From NCBI GenBank assembly GCA_963793305.1, contig CAWBZV010000003.1, positions 1,376,001 through 1,440,000 on the forward strand: DNA of 64,000 nt. The letters run 5' to 3'. The notes under the pieces were generated by a model. It was not told the DNA's origin, made no database searches, and worked only from the letters and a program-made list of their open reading frames with translations. The DNA is from an uncultured Gemmatimonadales bacterium (GTDB lineage Bacteria > Gemmatimonadota > Gemmatimonadetes > Gemmatimonadales > Gemmatimonadaceae). Below, piece by piece: positions 1 through 9,684 of this stretch. The first letter of the stretch is position 1. Each line of letters begins with the position of its first letter. Made by a program: the position numbers and the translations under genes.

Positions 1-129
1 AACGACGAGAACAACGCGGTGCTCATTGAAGGTGACTTCGCCGGCTCGCTTACGTTCATCGGCCGGGGCGCTGGAGCGCTCCCCACCGGGTCGGCAGTCT
101 ATGACGATATCGTCGCCGCAATCTGTTAG
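1..129 (+). CDS. hom: Homoserine dehydrogenase, C-terminal fragment (5' end outside window)
   Basis: Frame 1 reads NDENNAVLIEGDFAGSLTFIGRGAGALPTGSAVYDDIVAAIC*, with the GxGAGxxPTxSAV motif; directly upstream of thrC. Confidence 0.85.
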   Translation, partial: NDENNAVLIEGDFAGSLTFIGRGAGALPTGSAVYDDIVAAIC

Positions 130-1156
130 TAGAGGGGTATTGGAACGCTGGCGTGCGTATTTGCCCGTCACGCCGGCGACGCCGGCGCTGACGTTAGGGG
201 AAGGGGACACGCCGCTCCTGGCGACCCCGCGACTCGCCGCCTGGGTTGGCGTCGACGAGCTCTATGTGAAGTTCGAGGGGATGAATCCCACGGCCTCGTT
301 CAAAGACCGCGGGATGGTCGTCGCCGTGGCAAAGGCAGTCGAGCGCGGCGCCCACACCGTCATTTGCGCCTCTACCGGAAATACCGCCGCCAGCGCGGCC
401 GCCTACGCCGCCCGCGCGGGGCTCGCCGCCATCGTATTGCTGCCCGGCGGGAAAGTGGCCATGGCCAAAGTCGCCCAGGCCCTGGCGTATGGCGCCCGAG
501 CGATCGCGCTCGATGGCGGCTTCGACGCCGCCCTGGATGTCGCCCGAGAGCTCGTCGCTCGGCACCCGGTGGCCCTCGTGAACTCGGTCAACCCGGACCG
601 CATCGCGGGCCAGGCCACGGCCGCCTATGAGATCTGCGACGTATTGGGCCGCGCGCCCGACGTGTTAGCGTTGCCGGTGGGCAATGGTGGGAATATCACG
701 GCCTACTGGGCGGGATTCCGCCGGTATCAATCGGGCCTTCCGCGGATCATCGGCGGACAAGCGGCCGGCGCCGCGCCGCTCGTCCACGGCGCCCCGGTCG
801 AGCACCCCGAGACGATCGCCAGCGCGATCCGCATCGGACGCCCGGCCAGCTGGGACACGGCCGTAGCGGCCGCCCGCGAGTCCGAAGGCGCCTTCCGCGC
901 AATCACCGACGAGGCGATCCTCGAAGCCTACCGCCAGATCGCCCAGCTCGAGGGGATATTCTGTGAGCCTTCCTCCGCCGCCGGTATCGCCGCGTTGCGC
1001 ACGAGCGTGGCGGATGGTCAGACAAAGGCCGCGAGCAGCTGCGTCTGCGTCTGCACGGGGCACGGCCTCAAAGACGCCCAACAGGCGCCGGGCGCCGATA
1101 GAATCACATTATTATCCGCATCCGCGGATGCCGTGGCAAACGCTCTGAACTGGTAA
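101..1156 (+). CDS. thrC: Threonine synthase
   Basis: NPTASFKDRG PLP lysine motif, CASTGNT, PVGNGGN, EPSSA; ATG at 101 overlaps the hom end. Confidence 0.93.
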   Translation: MTISSPQSVSRGVLERWRAYLPVTPATPALTLGEGDTPLLATPRLAAWVGVDELYVKFEGMNPTASFKDRGMVVAVAKAVERGAHTVICASTGNTAASAAAYAARAGLAAIVLLPGGKVAMAKVAQALAYGARAIALDGGFDAALDVARELVARHPVALVNSVNPDRIAGQATAAYEICDVLGRAPDVLALPVGNGGNITAYWAGFRRYQSGLPRIIGGQAAGAAPLVHGAPVEHPETIASAIRIGRPASWDTAVAAARESEGAFRAITDEAILEAYRQIAQLEGIFCEPSSAAGIAALRTSVADGQTKAASSCVCVCTGHGLKDAQQAPGADRITLLSASADAVANALNW

Positions 1157-1165
1157 GGGGGAACG

Positions 1166-3365
1166 ATGGACGTACGCGTAGTGCGGTTTCTAGGCATTGC
1201 GGGTCTGAGCGCGTTCCTGGCCAGTTGCGGCGGGTCGCCCACCACACCAGCGAGCAACCCGGCGATCAGCCTGGCTACCACGGCAGTGTCGTTCGGCATC
1301 CAGGTTGGTAGCGGCAATCCGACCGCGCAAACCGTGAACGTCACGAACAGCGGCACGGGGACCCTGTCCGGGCTATCCGTCGGGACGATTGCGTACGGCA
1401 GCGGCGCGTCGGGATGGCTCAGCGCGAGCCTCACCGGCTCCAGCGCCCCGGCGACGATCACCCTCAACGCGACGACCGGATCGCTGACTGCGGGGACCTA
1501 CAGCGCCACGATCCCGATCACGGCAACCGCAACGAACAGTCCGGCGACCCTCAAAGTCACATTCGCGATCTTCCCGCCCGCGGGCAGCACGACGCTCGCT
1601 GTCGGGCAGGACACCACATTCCTGGCGACGCCCGTCATCGCGACGAATCTGGTGCTCCAACCGGGTCAGCAGTACCTCATCGCGGTCGTCAATACGGATA
1701 CGAGCGCCGCGGCCAACGAAGACTTCACGCTGTTCGGCTCGATGACGAGCACCCAGCGCGTGCGCCTGGCGTCTCGTGCGCCCTTGCGCCGCTCCCAGGC
1801 GACGCCGAAGCATGCGCCCATCTACAACGCCGGGTCCGCCGTCAAACGCATCCAGTCGCTCCGCAAGCGCCAAGCAAACCACCTGGCGATGCTCGACCAC
1901 AACACGGCGGTCTTCCAGCGTTTCGCACGCTCGGGACGCGTGTCGCCTTCGTCGGGATCGACCGTCCCGCGGCCGAGCTTCTCGATCTCGCAAACGGTCG
2001 GCGCCGTCAACAAGATCTATATCGCGAGCTCGTTCGGGGCGAGCTGCACGGGCGTGGACTCGATCGGCGCCCGCACGGTCGCCGTTGGCCAACACATCAT
2101 CGTGCTCGCCGACACGAACAGGACGAACTGGCCAGACAGCCTTCGTGACTCAGCCTTCTATCAGACGTTCGCGAACGAGTACGACGCGGTCACGTTCCCG
2201 CACATCAACACCTACATCGGCAACCCGCTCGCCTACGACGCTCAACTCTCGAGCATCGGCAAGATCACCATCGTGATCTCGCCGGTGCTGAACAACTTCG
2301 GCGGTGGCATCGTCGCGTTCGTCAACGGCTGCGACTTCTACCCCTTTGACGGGAACCTGAGCGACAATAACGCGGACCTCGGAAATCAGACCGAAGTGTT
2401 CTACTACTGGGCGCCCGACGAAGCGAGCGGCTGGACTCACAGGGCGTGGGAAGATCTGATGCGCGGGACGGCCGCGCACGAGACGAAGCACATCGTCTCC
2501 TATACGGACCGCAAGATCAACAATGATTTCCAGTACCTCGAGCAGCGGTGGCTGGAGGAGGGCCTCGCCCAGGTGTCGGCCGAGATCTGGGAGCGGAACT
2601 TCAACAACACGACCTGGAAGGGGCACGCGACCTTCAACCAGGCGGTCGCCTGCGAGATCTACCTCGGCCCCCACGAGACACCCGCCTGCCAGGACACGGC
2701 CGGGACAAAGCCGGTCGCGCTCACCGGCAGTCATTTGCCGTTCTTCTTCGAGTACCTCGCAGCCGAAAGCCAATCGCCGACCGGACTGGGTTTCGGCAAC
2801 ACCGGCAGCAATGCCACGCCGACGAACTACGGCGAAGGCTGGGCGTTCGCCCGCTGGGTGCTCGATCAGTATGCCACGACCGAGCCGTCGCTGATCCAGT
2901 CCCTCGTGAACGAGCCGACGCTGAGCGGGCTCGCGAACGTGTCACAGCATACGGGGAAGAGCGTTCAGGAGTTGCTCGTCTACTTCGCCATGGCGAGCGC
3001 GATCTACGACACGGCGACCTATACGGCGGCGGACGTCAGGACCACGATTCCGACGTTCAACTTCGGGCAGATCTTCTACTTGGGTCAGACGTTCGTTACA
3101 GTGTACCAACACCGCCAACCAGGTCGTGCCCTGCGGGTTGTTCGGGCAGAACTTCGCGACGACGCCGGTGTGGCCGATTCAACCTACGGCGCTAAGCACT
3201 GGCAACCTCAACGCCAAGGTGACGGGCGTGGCGGGCACCGCGGCCTCGTACTTCCTGCTGACATTGACGGGGAGTGGGCAGCAGTATCTCCAGCTACAAT
3301 CTGGTAGCGGTGGCAGCATCAGCACTTCCAGCGGCCTCCGGATCGGTATTATTCGAGTGCAATGA
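1166..3365 (+). CDS. Lipoprotein with N-terminal Ig/BACON-like domain and HExxH zinc metallopeptidase-like domain (frameshift near 3095)
   Basis: Lipobox FLASC; S/T-rich beta domain; HETKH...WLEEGLA; natural-looking C-terminus (...LRIGIIRVQ*) is in another frame and its stop overlaps the next ATG. Confidence 0.7.
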
Positions 3366-3838
3366 GCTCGGCGTGGCTGGCCTTCTCGGCCGCAATCATA
3401 CTCGCGTGTCACAGTGGCGCCCGGACGGAGCCAACCGTCAAGTCCGTCCAGGGCGACACCGTGATCGGCACGATCCAGATCGTCGGGACCGACCCCTTTC
3501 CACGCACGGTCATCATCCCAGGCTACTCGGGGCTTCCGCTGCGGTTAGTTGGCCCGCCGACGCTGCAGCGGCTCGACGGACTGCAGGTTCAGGTCGTCGG
3601 TCAGCGCGCCGGCGATCAGTTTACCGTCAAGAGCTTTCTCGTCCTGAGCGCCAATGGTCAGCCGGCGACGGACGGCAAGCTCGTCACGGACGGCGGCACG
3701 CTCTACATCGTGACTGAGGACGGCGAGCGACACGCGTTGGTGAACCCTTCGCCCAACCTGCGCGCGCGCGTCGGTCAGCGCGTGTGGGTGTCCGGGCCGC
3801 TAGACCGGGAGCCGATCGCGTACGGCTTCATCAACTAG
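3362..3838 (+). CDS. Hypothetical lipoprotein
   Basis: Lipobox IILAC; ATGA overlap with upstream gene. Confidence 0.7.
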   Translation: MSSAWLAFSAAIILACHSGARTEPTVKSVQGDTVIGTIQIVGTDPFPRTVIIPGYSGLPLRLVGPPTLQRLDGLQVQVVGQRAGDQFTVKSFLVLSANGQPATDGKLVTDGGTLYIVTEDGERHALVNPSPNLRARVGQRVWVSGPLDREPIAYGFIN

Positions 3839-4780
3839 CGCGCCGACGTACGACGCGATCCCGGCCTCGAGGGTCAGAAACGGCTCTCGATAGCCCTCTT
3901 CTCTCAGGCGTGTCACCCTGGCCTGAGTGAAATATTGATATCGGTCGCGGATCGCGATCGGCGTATCGACGAACTCGATCTTCTCGGACTTGCCGAGCGC
4001 CCGGCAGACGCCACGGGCGAGATCGAGATAAGTCCGCGCGGTACCCGTACCGAGGTTGCGGATGCCCCGCGCGACGGGCTTGGTCAGCGCGAACATGAGC
4101 ACCGAGACCACGTCGGACACGGCGATGAAGTCACGCGCCTGATGTCCGTCGGCGATACCGGCGCGGTGACTCCTGAACAGGCGAATCGGCTCTCCCGCCC
4201 ATCGCTGATCGAACGCGTGCATGACGACGCTGGCCATGTGTCGCTTGTGCCGCTCCCCGTACCCATACACGTTGAAGAACTTCCAGCCCGACCACGCTGG
4301 CGGTGTTGATGCCTGCTGCAGGACCCAGCGATCGAATGCCTGTTTCGATCTCCCGTATGCGTTCAGGGGCTGGAGACGGGGGATGAGCGACTCGTCGTCG
4401 TCATAGCTGAGCGTGCCGTCGCCATACGTTGCGGCGCTGGAGGCGTACACGAAGGGAATCTGGCGCTCGGTCGCATACGTCCAGAGGCGCTGGGAGTACT
4501 CGACGTTGTCCCTGGTAAACAGCTCCTCGTCCGTCTCCGTCGTGTCCGTGCACGCACCGAGGTGCACGATACCGGTGAGCGGGCGCGGCGCGGCGCCCAG
4601 CCAGTCGAACAGCTCGTGCCGATCGACCATCGAGGCGATGTCCAGGTCCCGATGCTCGGGCCGGGCTAAGAAGTGCTCCCTCGCGTCGACCGGCACCACG
4701 GGAATCCCTTCTTTCCGGCATCGCTCCGCAAACCGATAGCCTATGAACCCTGCGGCCCCGCTGACAAGGACTGGGTGCAT
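3800..4780 (-). CDS. hldD: ADP-L-glycero-D-manno-heptose 6-epimerase
   Basis: GAAGFIG, HLGACTDT, YASSAATYG, PLNAYGRSK, FFNVYG, YQYFTQA. Confidence 0.88.
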   Translation of the reverse strand: MHPVLVSGAAGFIGYRFAERCRKEGIPVVPVDAREHFLARPEHRDLDIASMVDRHELFDWLGAAPRPLTGIVHLGACTDTTETDEELFTRDNVEYSQRLWTYATERQIPFVYASSAATYGDGTLSYDDDESLIPRLQPLNAYGRSKQAFDRWVLQQASTPPAWSGWKFFNVYGYGERHKRHMASVVMHAFDQRWAGEPIRLFRSHRAGIADGHQARDFIAVSDVVSVLMFALTKPVARGIRNLGTGTARTYLDLARGVCRALGKSEKIEFVDTPIAIRDRYQYFTQARVTRLREEGYREPFLTLEAGIASYVGALVDEAVRDRLPV

Positions 4781-4798
4781 GTGGTGTATATTACATGC
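4781..4798. promoter_or_regulatory. Bidirectional leaderless promoter (overlapping -10 boxes)
   Basis: + strand TATATT 4787-4792, 6 nt before ATG 4799; - strand TAATAT (4793-4788), 7 nt before ATG 4780. Confidence 0.6.
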
Positions 4799-5236
4799 AT
4801 GAGCATATATGACGAGCGGATGGTCACCCCTATGCGCCACGAGCTGACGCGCCTTGGCGTCGAGGAGCTCCGGACGGCGGATGCCGTCGACGCGAAGCTG
4901 CGCGGCGCGACCGGGACGACGTTGGTAGTCGTGAATTCCGTCTGCGGCTGCGCGGCGCGAAACGCCCGGCCCGCGATTGCCCGCGCGCTCCAGCACGAGA
5001 CGCGCCCGGATACGCTGACCACGGTGTTCGCCGGCCAGGACCAGGATGCGACCCAGCGCGCCCGAAGCTACTTCGTGGGCTACCAGCCCTCATCGCCCTC
5101 GATCGGGTTGTTCAAGAACGGCCAGCTGGTATTCATGCTCGAGCGGTACCAGATCGAAGGACGGTCGGCCGACGACATTGCCCATGATCTGACCGACGCG
5201 TTCGACCGCTACTGCGCAGGTTCTCTGGCTGTGTGA
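4799..5236 (+). CDS. BrxA/BrxB family bacilliredoxin
   Basis: VVNSVCGCAARNARP (CGC motif), TVFAGQD, PSSPSIGLFK. Confidence 0.88.
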   Translation: MSIYDERMVTPMRHELTRLGVEELRTADAVDAKLRGATGTTLVVVNSVCGCAARNARPAIARALQHETRPDTLTTVFAGQDQDATQRARSYFVGYQPSSPSIGLFKNGQLVFMLERYQIEGRSADDIAHDLTDAFDRYCAGSLAV

Positions 5237-5901
5237 GACTGCTCATCGTCGAAGACGACCCCGAGCTGGCGTCGATTCTCGCCGATGGCCTGGCGGATCA
5301 CCACTACGAGGTCGTCGTCGCCGCTGATGTGCCCGCCGCGCGCGACCGCGCTGTGCTCGGCACGTACGATGTCATGATCCTGGACGTGCTGTTGCCGGGT
5401 GGCAGCGGGTTCGATCTGTGCGCGCAGATTCGTTCCCGCGGGATCGCGACGCCGATCCTCATGCTGACGGCGCGCGACGCGATCGATGATCGCGTTCGCG
5501 GCCTCGAGGCTGGGGCGGATGACTATCTCACCAAGCCATTTGCGTTCCGCGAGCTGCTCGCCCGCGTGCGCGCCTTGTCGCGCCGCCAACCAGCACTGGC
5601 GCCCCAACGGGTTCGCGTGGCCGATCTCGATGTGGATCTCGAGACGCGCCAGGTCCAACGGGGCCGTCGCCCTATCACCCTGACCGCGAAAGAATTTGCG
5701 CTGCTGGAATTCTTTACGCGACACGAAGGTAAAGTCGTCGACCGGGCCGCGATCGCCGCGCACGTGTGGGACGACAACCATGATCCCTTCACGAATGTTT
5801 TGGAAGTTCTCGTGCGGCGATTGCGGCGTAAGATCGACGACGACTTCGAGCCGAAGTTGATCCACACCATCCGCGGCGCAGGTTATCGTTTTGGCCTGTG
5901 A
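5233..5901 (+). CDS. OmpR-family response regulator (CusR/CopR-like)
   Basis: Receiver LIVEDD/ILDV/KPF; C-terminus RRLRRKIDDDFEPKLIHTIRGAGY resembles heavy-metal regulators. Confidence 0.9.
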   Translation: MRLLIVEDDPELASILADGLADHHYEVVVAADVPAARDRAVLGTYDVMILDVLLPGGSGFDLCAQIRSRGIATPILMLTARDAIDDRVRGLEAGADDYLTKPFAFRELLARVRALSRRQPALAPQRVRVADLDVDLETRQVQRGRRPITLTAKEFALLEFFTRHEGKVVDRAAIAAHVWDDNHDPFTNVLEVLVRRLRRKIDDDFEPKLIHTIRGAGYRFGL

Positions 5902-7232
5902 AGCCTCTCACTAGACTACGGCTGCAGCTGACGGCGTGGTACGCTGGAACGTTCTGCCTCATTCTGTTCGTTCTCGGTGTGCTCGTATTCACCGTGATCG
6001 CCCGCCGCTTGGCCGAGGAGCTCGACGAGTCGTTAGTCGACGCCACGCAGGCGGCCGAACAAGCGACGCAGATCCGCGAAACCGAAGCCGCGCTCGGCTC
6101 GACGCACCTCGTCGACGCGTTCTCCGAGCTCGTGATCCCGGAGCGCCGGTTGTATCTGCTCGACTCGACCGGCACGCCGCTTGTGCCGCGCGAGGTGCCG
6201 GAGCCGGTCCTCACGTCCGCCGCCAAAGCCGCCGAGTCGGGCTCTGACGATCAGCGTTTCAAGCTCGACCGCCACGGCCCCCACCAGCGCCTGTTCCAAG
6301 CCCACGCCGAACGCTTTCAAGTCCGCGGCGGACGGCACTATATCGTGGTCGCGGTGGCCGACCGCATCGAGCTCGAGGACCGTTACGCCCGCCTGATCGC
6401 CGCCCTCGCCGCCGGCGCGGTGGGGGCAGTGCTCCTGGTCGCCGTAGGCGGCTGGTTCCTCGCCTGGAAGGCGATCGAGCCGATCGAGCGGAACCTCGCC
6501 TACGTGCGGCGATTCGTGGCCGACGCGGCCCACGAGCTCCGGACGCCCGTCTCGGTGCTCCGCAGCCGCGCGGATGTTGCGCTCTCTCGCGAGCGGCGGC
6601 CAGAGGCCTACGTCGACGCGCTGACCGCGGTCGGACTCGAGGCCGAGCGCATGGGTCGCATCGTCGACGATCTCCTGACGCTGGCGCGGGTCGACGCCGG
6701 TGAGCGGGCCATCGTGCGGCAGCAGATCTACCTCGACGACCTGGCCCTCGACGCGGTGAGCAGCGTACGGGTGCTCGCCGAGACACACGGCGTCGATCTC
6801 GACGTGACGGAGTTCGAGGAGGCGCCTGTCGTGGCCGACCCCACGCTCGTGCGGCAGTTGCTCGTGATTCTCCTCGATAACGCGGTAAAGTTCACGCCGA
6901 CGGGCGGCAGGGTCTCGTTGAGCGTACGATCGGTCGATGGCCGCGCGATGGTGACGGTCGAGGATACTGGCGTCGGCATTTCGCCTGCCGATCTGCCCCG
7001 CATTTACGATCGATTCTACCGCGGCGACGACGCCCGCCGGCGGTCGGATGGAGCAGGACTCGGCCTCTCGATCGCCAAGTGGATCGCCGATACGCACGGC
7101 GCGGACATCGAGCTCGTGTCCACGGTGGGGCAAGGCACGCGCGTTACGGTGCGTTTTCCACCAATCGCGCAAATCGCGGATCACGCCGCAGCGGCTCCCA
7201 CGTGGGATCGATCCGGAGCCAGGCGCGCGTGA
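5898..7232 (+). CDS. Sensor histidine kinase
   Basis: Two TM segments; H-box FVADAAHELRTP; LLDNAVKF, DTGVGI, GAGLGL. Confidence 0.92.
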   Translation: MKPLTRLRLQLTAWYAGTFCLILFVLGVLVFTVIARRLAEELDESLVDATQAAEQATQIRETEAALGSTHLVDAFSELVIPERRLYLLDSTGTPLVPREVPEPVLTSAAKAAESGSDDQRFKLDRHGPHQRLFQAHAERFQVRGGRHYIVVAVADRIELEDRYARLIAALAAGAVGAVLLVAVGGWFLAWKAIEPIERNLAYVRRFVADAAHELRTPVSVLRSRADVALSRERRPEAYVDALTAVGLEAERMGRIVDDLLTLARVDAGERAIVRQQIYLDDLALDAVSSVRVLAETHGVDLDVTEFEEAPVVADPTLVRQLLVILLDNAVKFTPTGGRVSLSVRSVDGRAMVTVEDTGVGISPADLPRIYDRFYRGDDARRRSDGAGLGLSIAKWIADTHGADIELVSTVGQGTRVTVRFPPIAQIADHAAAAPTWDRSGARRA

Positions 7233-9684
7233 AGTAGTAAGGCAGACGCACGAGCGGTTCCAACCGTGCGACCGCTTTGTCGGGCTCGCCGTTCATCATG
7301 TAGATGCGGGCGAGCATCTGCTGCGGATAGAGTCCTTGCTCGCCATCGGTGCTCGGCGTCATGAGGGACGCGCCTCGCTGTCCGTGCCGTATCGCCTCCC
7401 CCTTGTTGCCCAGGAAGGCGAACGCGAGACCGAGCTGGGATTCGTGCTCCCAGTCGTCCGGCGGCAATGCGAGTTGCGTCGCGAGGACGCGGCGCGCGGT
7501 ATCCGCATACGCACGCGCGTCCGCTGTGTCCCCGCGGAGCCAGTACACCTCGGCGCGCACGAGTCCCCACTGGCCGTGGTCGTCGTCGAACGCGGCCGGC
7601 GACAGCGAAAGCAGTCGCCGTTGCTCGGCGTCCTCGAGGACCCAGTAGAGGTCCCAGGAGTAGCCGAACAGGGCGGCCAACGCCGCGGTGTCGACCGCGC
7701 GCGCCCCCTGTCGAAAGGCGGCCTGCGCCCCACCGAGGTCGCCCTGCGCCAGCATGACCATGGCCTTGAACTCGACGACGATCGCGTTCTGTGGGGCGAA
7801 GAGGAGGGAGCGGTCGAATGCGGCCAGCGCCTCCGGGTACCGCCTCTGGAACTGCAGGCTGATGCCGAGACTCATCGCCTTGTTCGGCGCGCGCGGATCC
7901 AGGTCGAGCGCCCGCTGCGCGTGCGCGATGGACGCCGCCCACCGCCCGGCACTGCGCTCCGCGCCGGCCGCGGCGTTCAGGAGGCTGACGTTGTTCGGGG
8001 CGCGGGCGAGCGCCGCGTCGAAGATCGCCAGCGCGCGCGCATTGTCGAGCCGGACGAGCCGGTCGTAGCTGGCGCTGGCGAGCTGCGTTTCCGGTAGCAT
8101 CGCTCCAATGGCTTGTGCGCGCTCGACCGCGCGCTTGGCCGCTTCGGCCTCCGTTGGTGCTCGCGAGCCGTTGGCATACAGTACTGTGTGAGCGACGGCC
8201 AGTTGCACCCAAGCCAACGCGAACTGCGAGTCCAGGCTCACTGCGCGGTTGTACAGGGTGACGCCGCGCCGGAGCGTGGGGATGTCGCCGATGCTGACGT
8301 GCTGCGTCAGGGCGTCGCCTTTCAGGAACGCATCATAGGCGGCGAGGCTCGTCGTGGGCGCGGCCGCGAGCGCCTGCTGCTGTTCCGTGCCGAGCGCTAC
8401 GTTCAGCGCCGACGCGACTTTGCTCGCAATGTCCGCCTGCACCTTGAAGACATCGGACAGATCGGCATCGAACGCCTGCTGCCACTTGCTCGTTGGTGGC
8501 ACTCCCGATGCATCGACCAGCTCCGGGTCGACGCGCACGCGGCTGGCGCCTCCGCTCACTTTCTGCCAACGCACCTGTCCAGTGAGCAGGTACCGCACGC
8601 CGAGCTCGTTGGCGATCTGCTGCAGCGGCTTGGGAGATCCCCGATACTGTGTCGAGCTCGTGCGCGCGATTACCCTGAGCCCGGGGAGCGCTGTCAGCTT
8701 GCCCCGAATCTCATCGGCAACGCCGTCGGCAAAGTACGCGTCCGCCGAGTCCCCGAGATTGTCGAAAGCGAGCACAGCGAGCGCGGGCGATCCCGCAGTC
8801 ACCGGGGCCGGCCGGCGCCATGTCACCACGACGACCGCGACAATGGCGAGCACGACGGCGACGGCCGCCACCACGACCACAGGTGCCTTCTGAACGGCCG
8901 GCCGTTGGGGTGTCGTGAGAGCAGCCGCGAACGTGGCTGCCGAGTCGTACCGCTGCACTGGGTCCGTCGCGAGCGCTCGGTTGATCGCGGCGTCGATGCC
9001 GGTCGGGATGTCGGGAGGGCGCGCCGGCCCGTACGGGAGCCCGCCGGTCAGCATCTCATAGCACACGACGCCCAATGCATAGATGTCCGCTCGCGTGTCG
9101 ATATGGTCACCGGCCGCCTGCTCGGGGCTCATGTACGACGGCGTGCCGATGACGAATCCGGTCTGCGTCAGTTGCCCGGATGTGGCCGATGCGCCAAGCG
9201 CCCGCGCGATGCCGAAATCCGCGAGCAGCGCCTCGCCTTGGGTAGTGAGCAGGATGTTGCTGGGCTTGACATCGCGGTGAATGACGCCGTGCTGATGGGC
9301 GTAATCGAGCGCGCTCGCGATCTCGCGCGCGATGCGGACCGCGACGTCAACCGGTAACCGCCGCTCACGGCGCAGCCGGTCGGCCAGCGTCTCGCCCTCG
9401 ACGTACGGCATCGTGAACCAGAGTTGACCGGCTCGCGTCTCGCCCGAGTCGTAGACCGACAGGATATGCGGGTGTTGCAGCCTCGCCGCGAACGTGATCT
9501 CGCGGCGGAAGCGTTCCGGGCCAAGGCTCTGCGCCAGTTCGCCGTGGAGCACTTTGAGTGCGACGACGCGGCTGTGCTTCGTGTCGTGGGCCAGGAAGAC
9601 GGTCGCCATTCCCCCACGACCGATCTCTCGCTCGATCGTGTATTGGGATCCAAGTCCCTCCTGGAGCTCAAGGATGTCGGTCAC
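7144..9684 (-). CDS. Hanks-type Ser/Thr kinase with TM, TolB-N-like and TPR domains
   Basis: IGRGGMATV, VALK, HRDVKPSN, DFG, GTPSYMSPE; LAVLAFDNL module followed by TPR helices. Confidence 0.9.
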   Translation of the reverse strand: MTDILELQEGLGSQYTIEREIGRGGMATVFLAHDTKHSRVVALKVLHGELAQSLGPERFRREITFAARLQHPHILSVYDSGETRAGQLWFTMPYVEGETLADRLRRERRLPVDVAVRIAREIASALDYAHQHGVIHRDVKPSNILLTTQGEALLADFGIARALGASATSGQLTQTGFVIGTPSYMSPEQAAGDHIDTRADIYALGVVCYEMLTGGLPYGPARPPDIPTGIDAAINRALATDPVQRYDSAATFAAALTTPQRPAVQKAPVVVVAAVAVVLAIVAVVVVTWRRPAPVTAGSPALAVLAFDNLGDSADAYFADGVADEIRGKLTALPGLRVIARTSSTQYRGSPKPLQQIANELGVRYLLTGQVRWQKVSGGASRVRVDPELVDASGVPPTSKWQQAFDADLSDVFKVQADIASKVASALNVALGTEQQQALAAAPTTSLAAYDAFLKGDALTQHVSIGDIPTLRRGVTLYNRAVSLDSQFALAWVQLAVAHTVLYANGSRAPTEAEAAKRAVERAQAIGAMLPETQLASASYDRLVRLDNARALAIFDAALARAPNNVSLLNAAAGAERSAGRWAASIAHAQRALDLDPRAPNKAMSLGISLQFQRRYPEALAAFDRSLLFAPQNAIVVEFKAMVMLAQGDLGGAQAAFRQGARAVDTAALAALFGYSWDLYWVLEDAEQRRLLSLSPAAFDDDHGQWGLVRAEVYWLRGDTADARAYADTARRVLATQLALPPDDWEHESQLGLAFAFLGNKGEAIRHGQRGASLMTPSTDGEQGLYPQQMLARIYMMNGEPDKAVARLEPLVRLPYYFTRAWLRIDPTWEPLRRDPRFARLVENAP

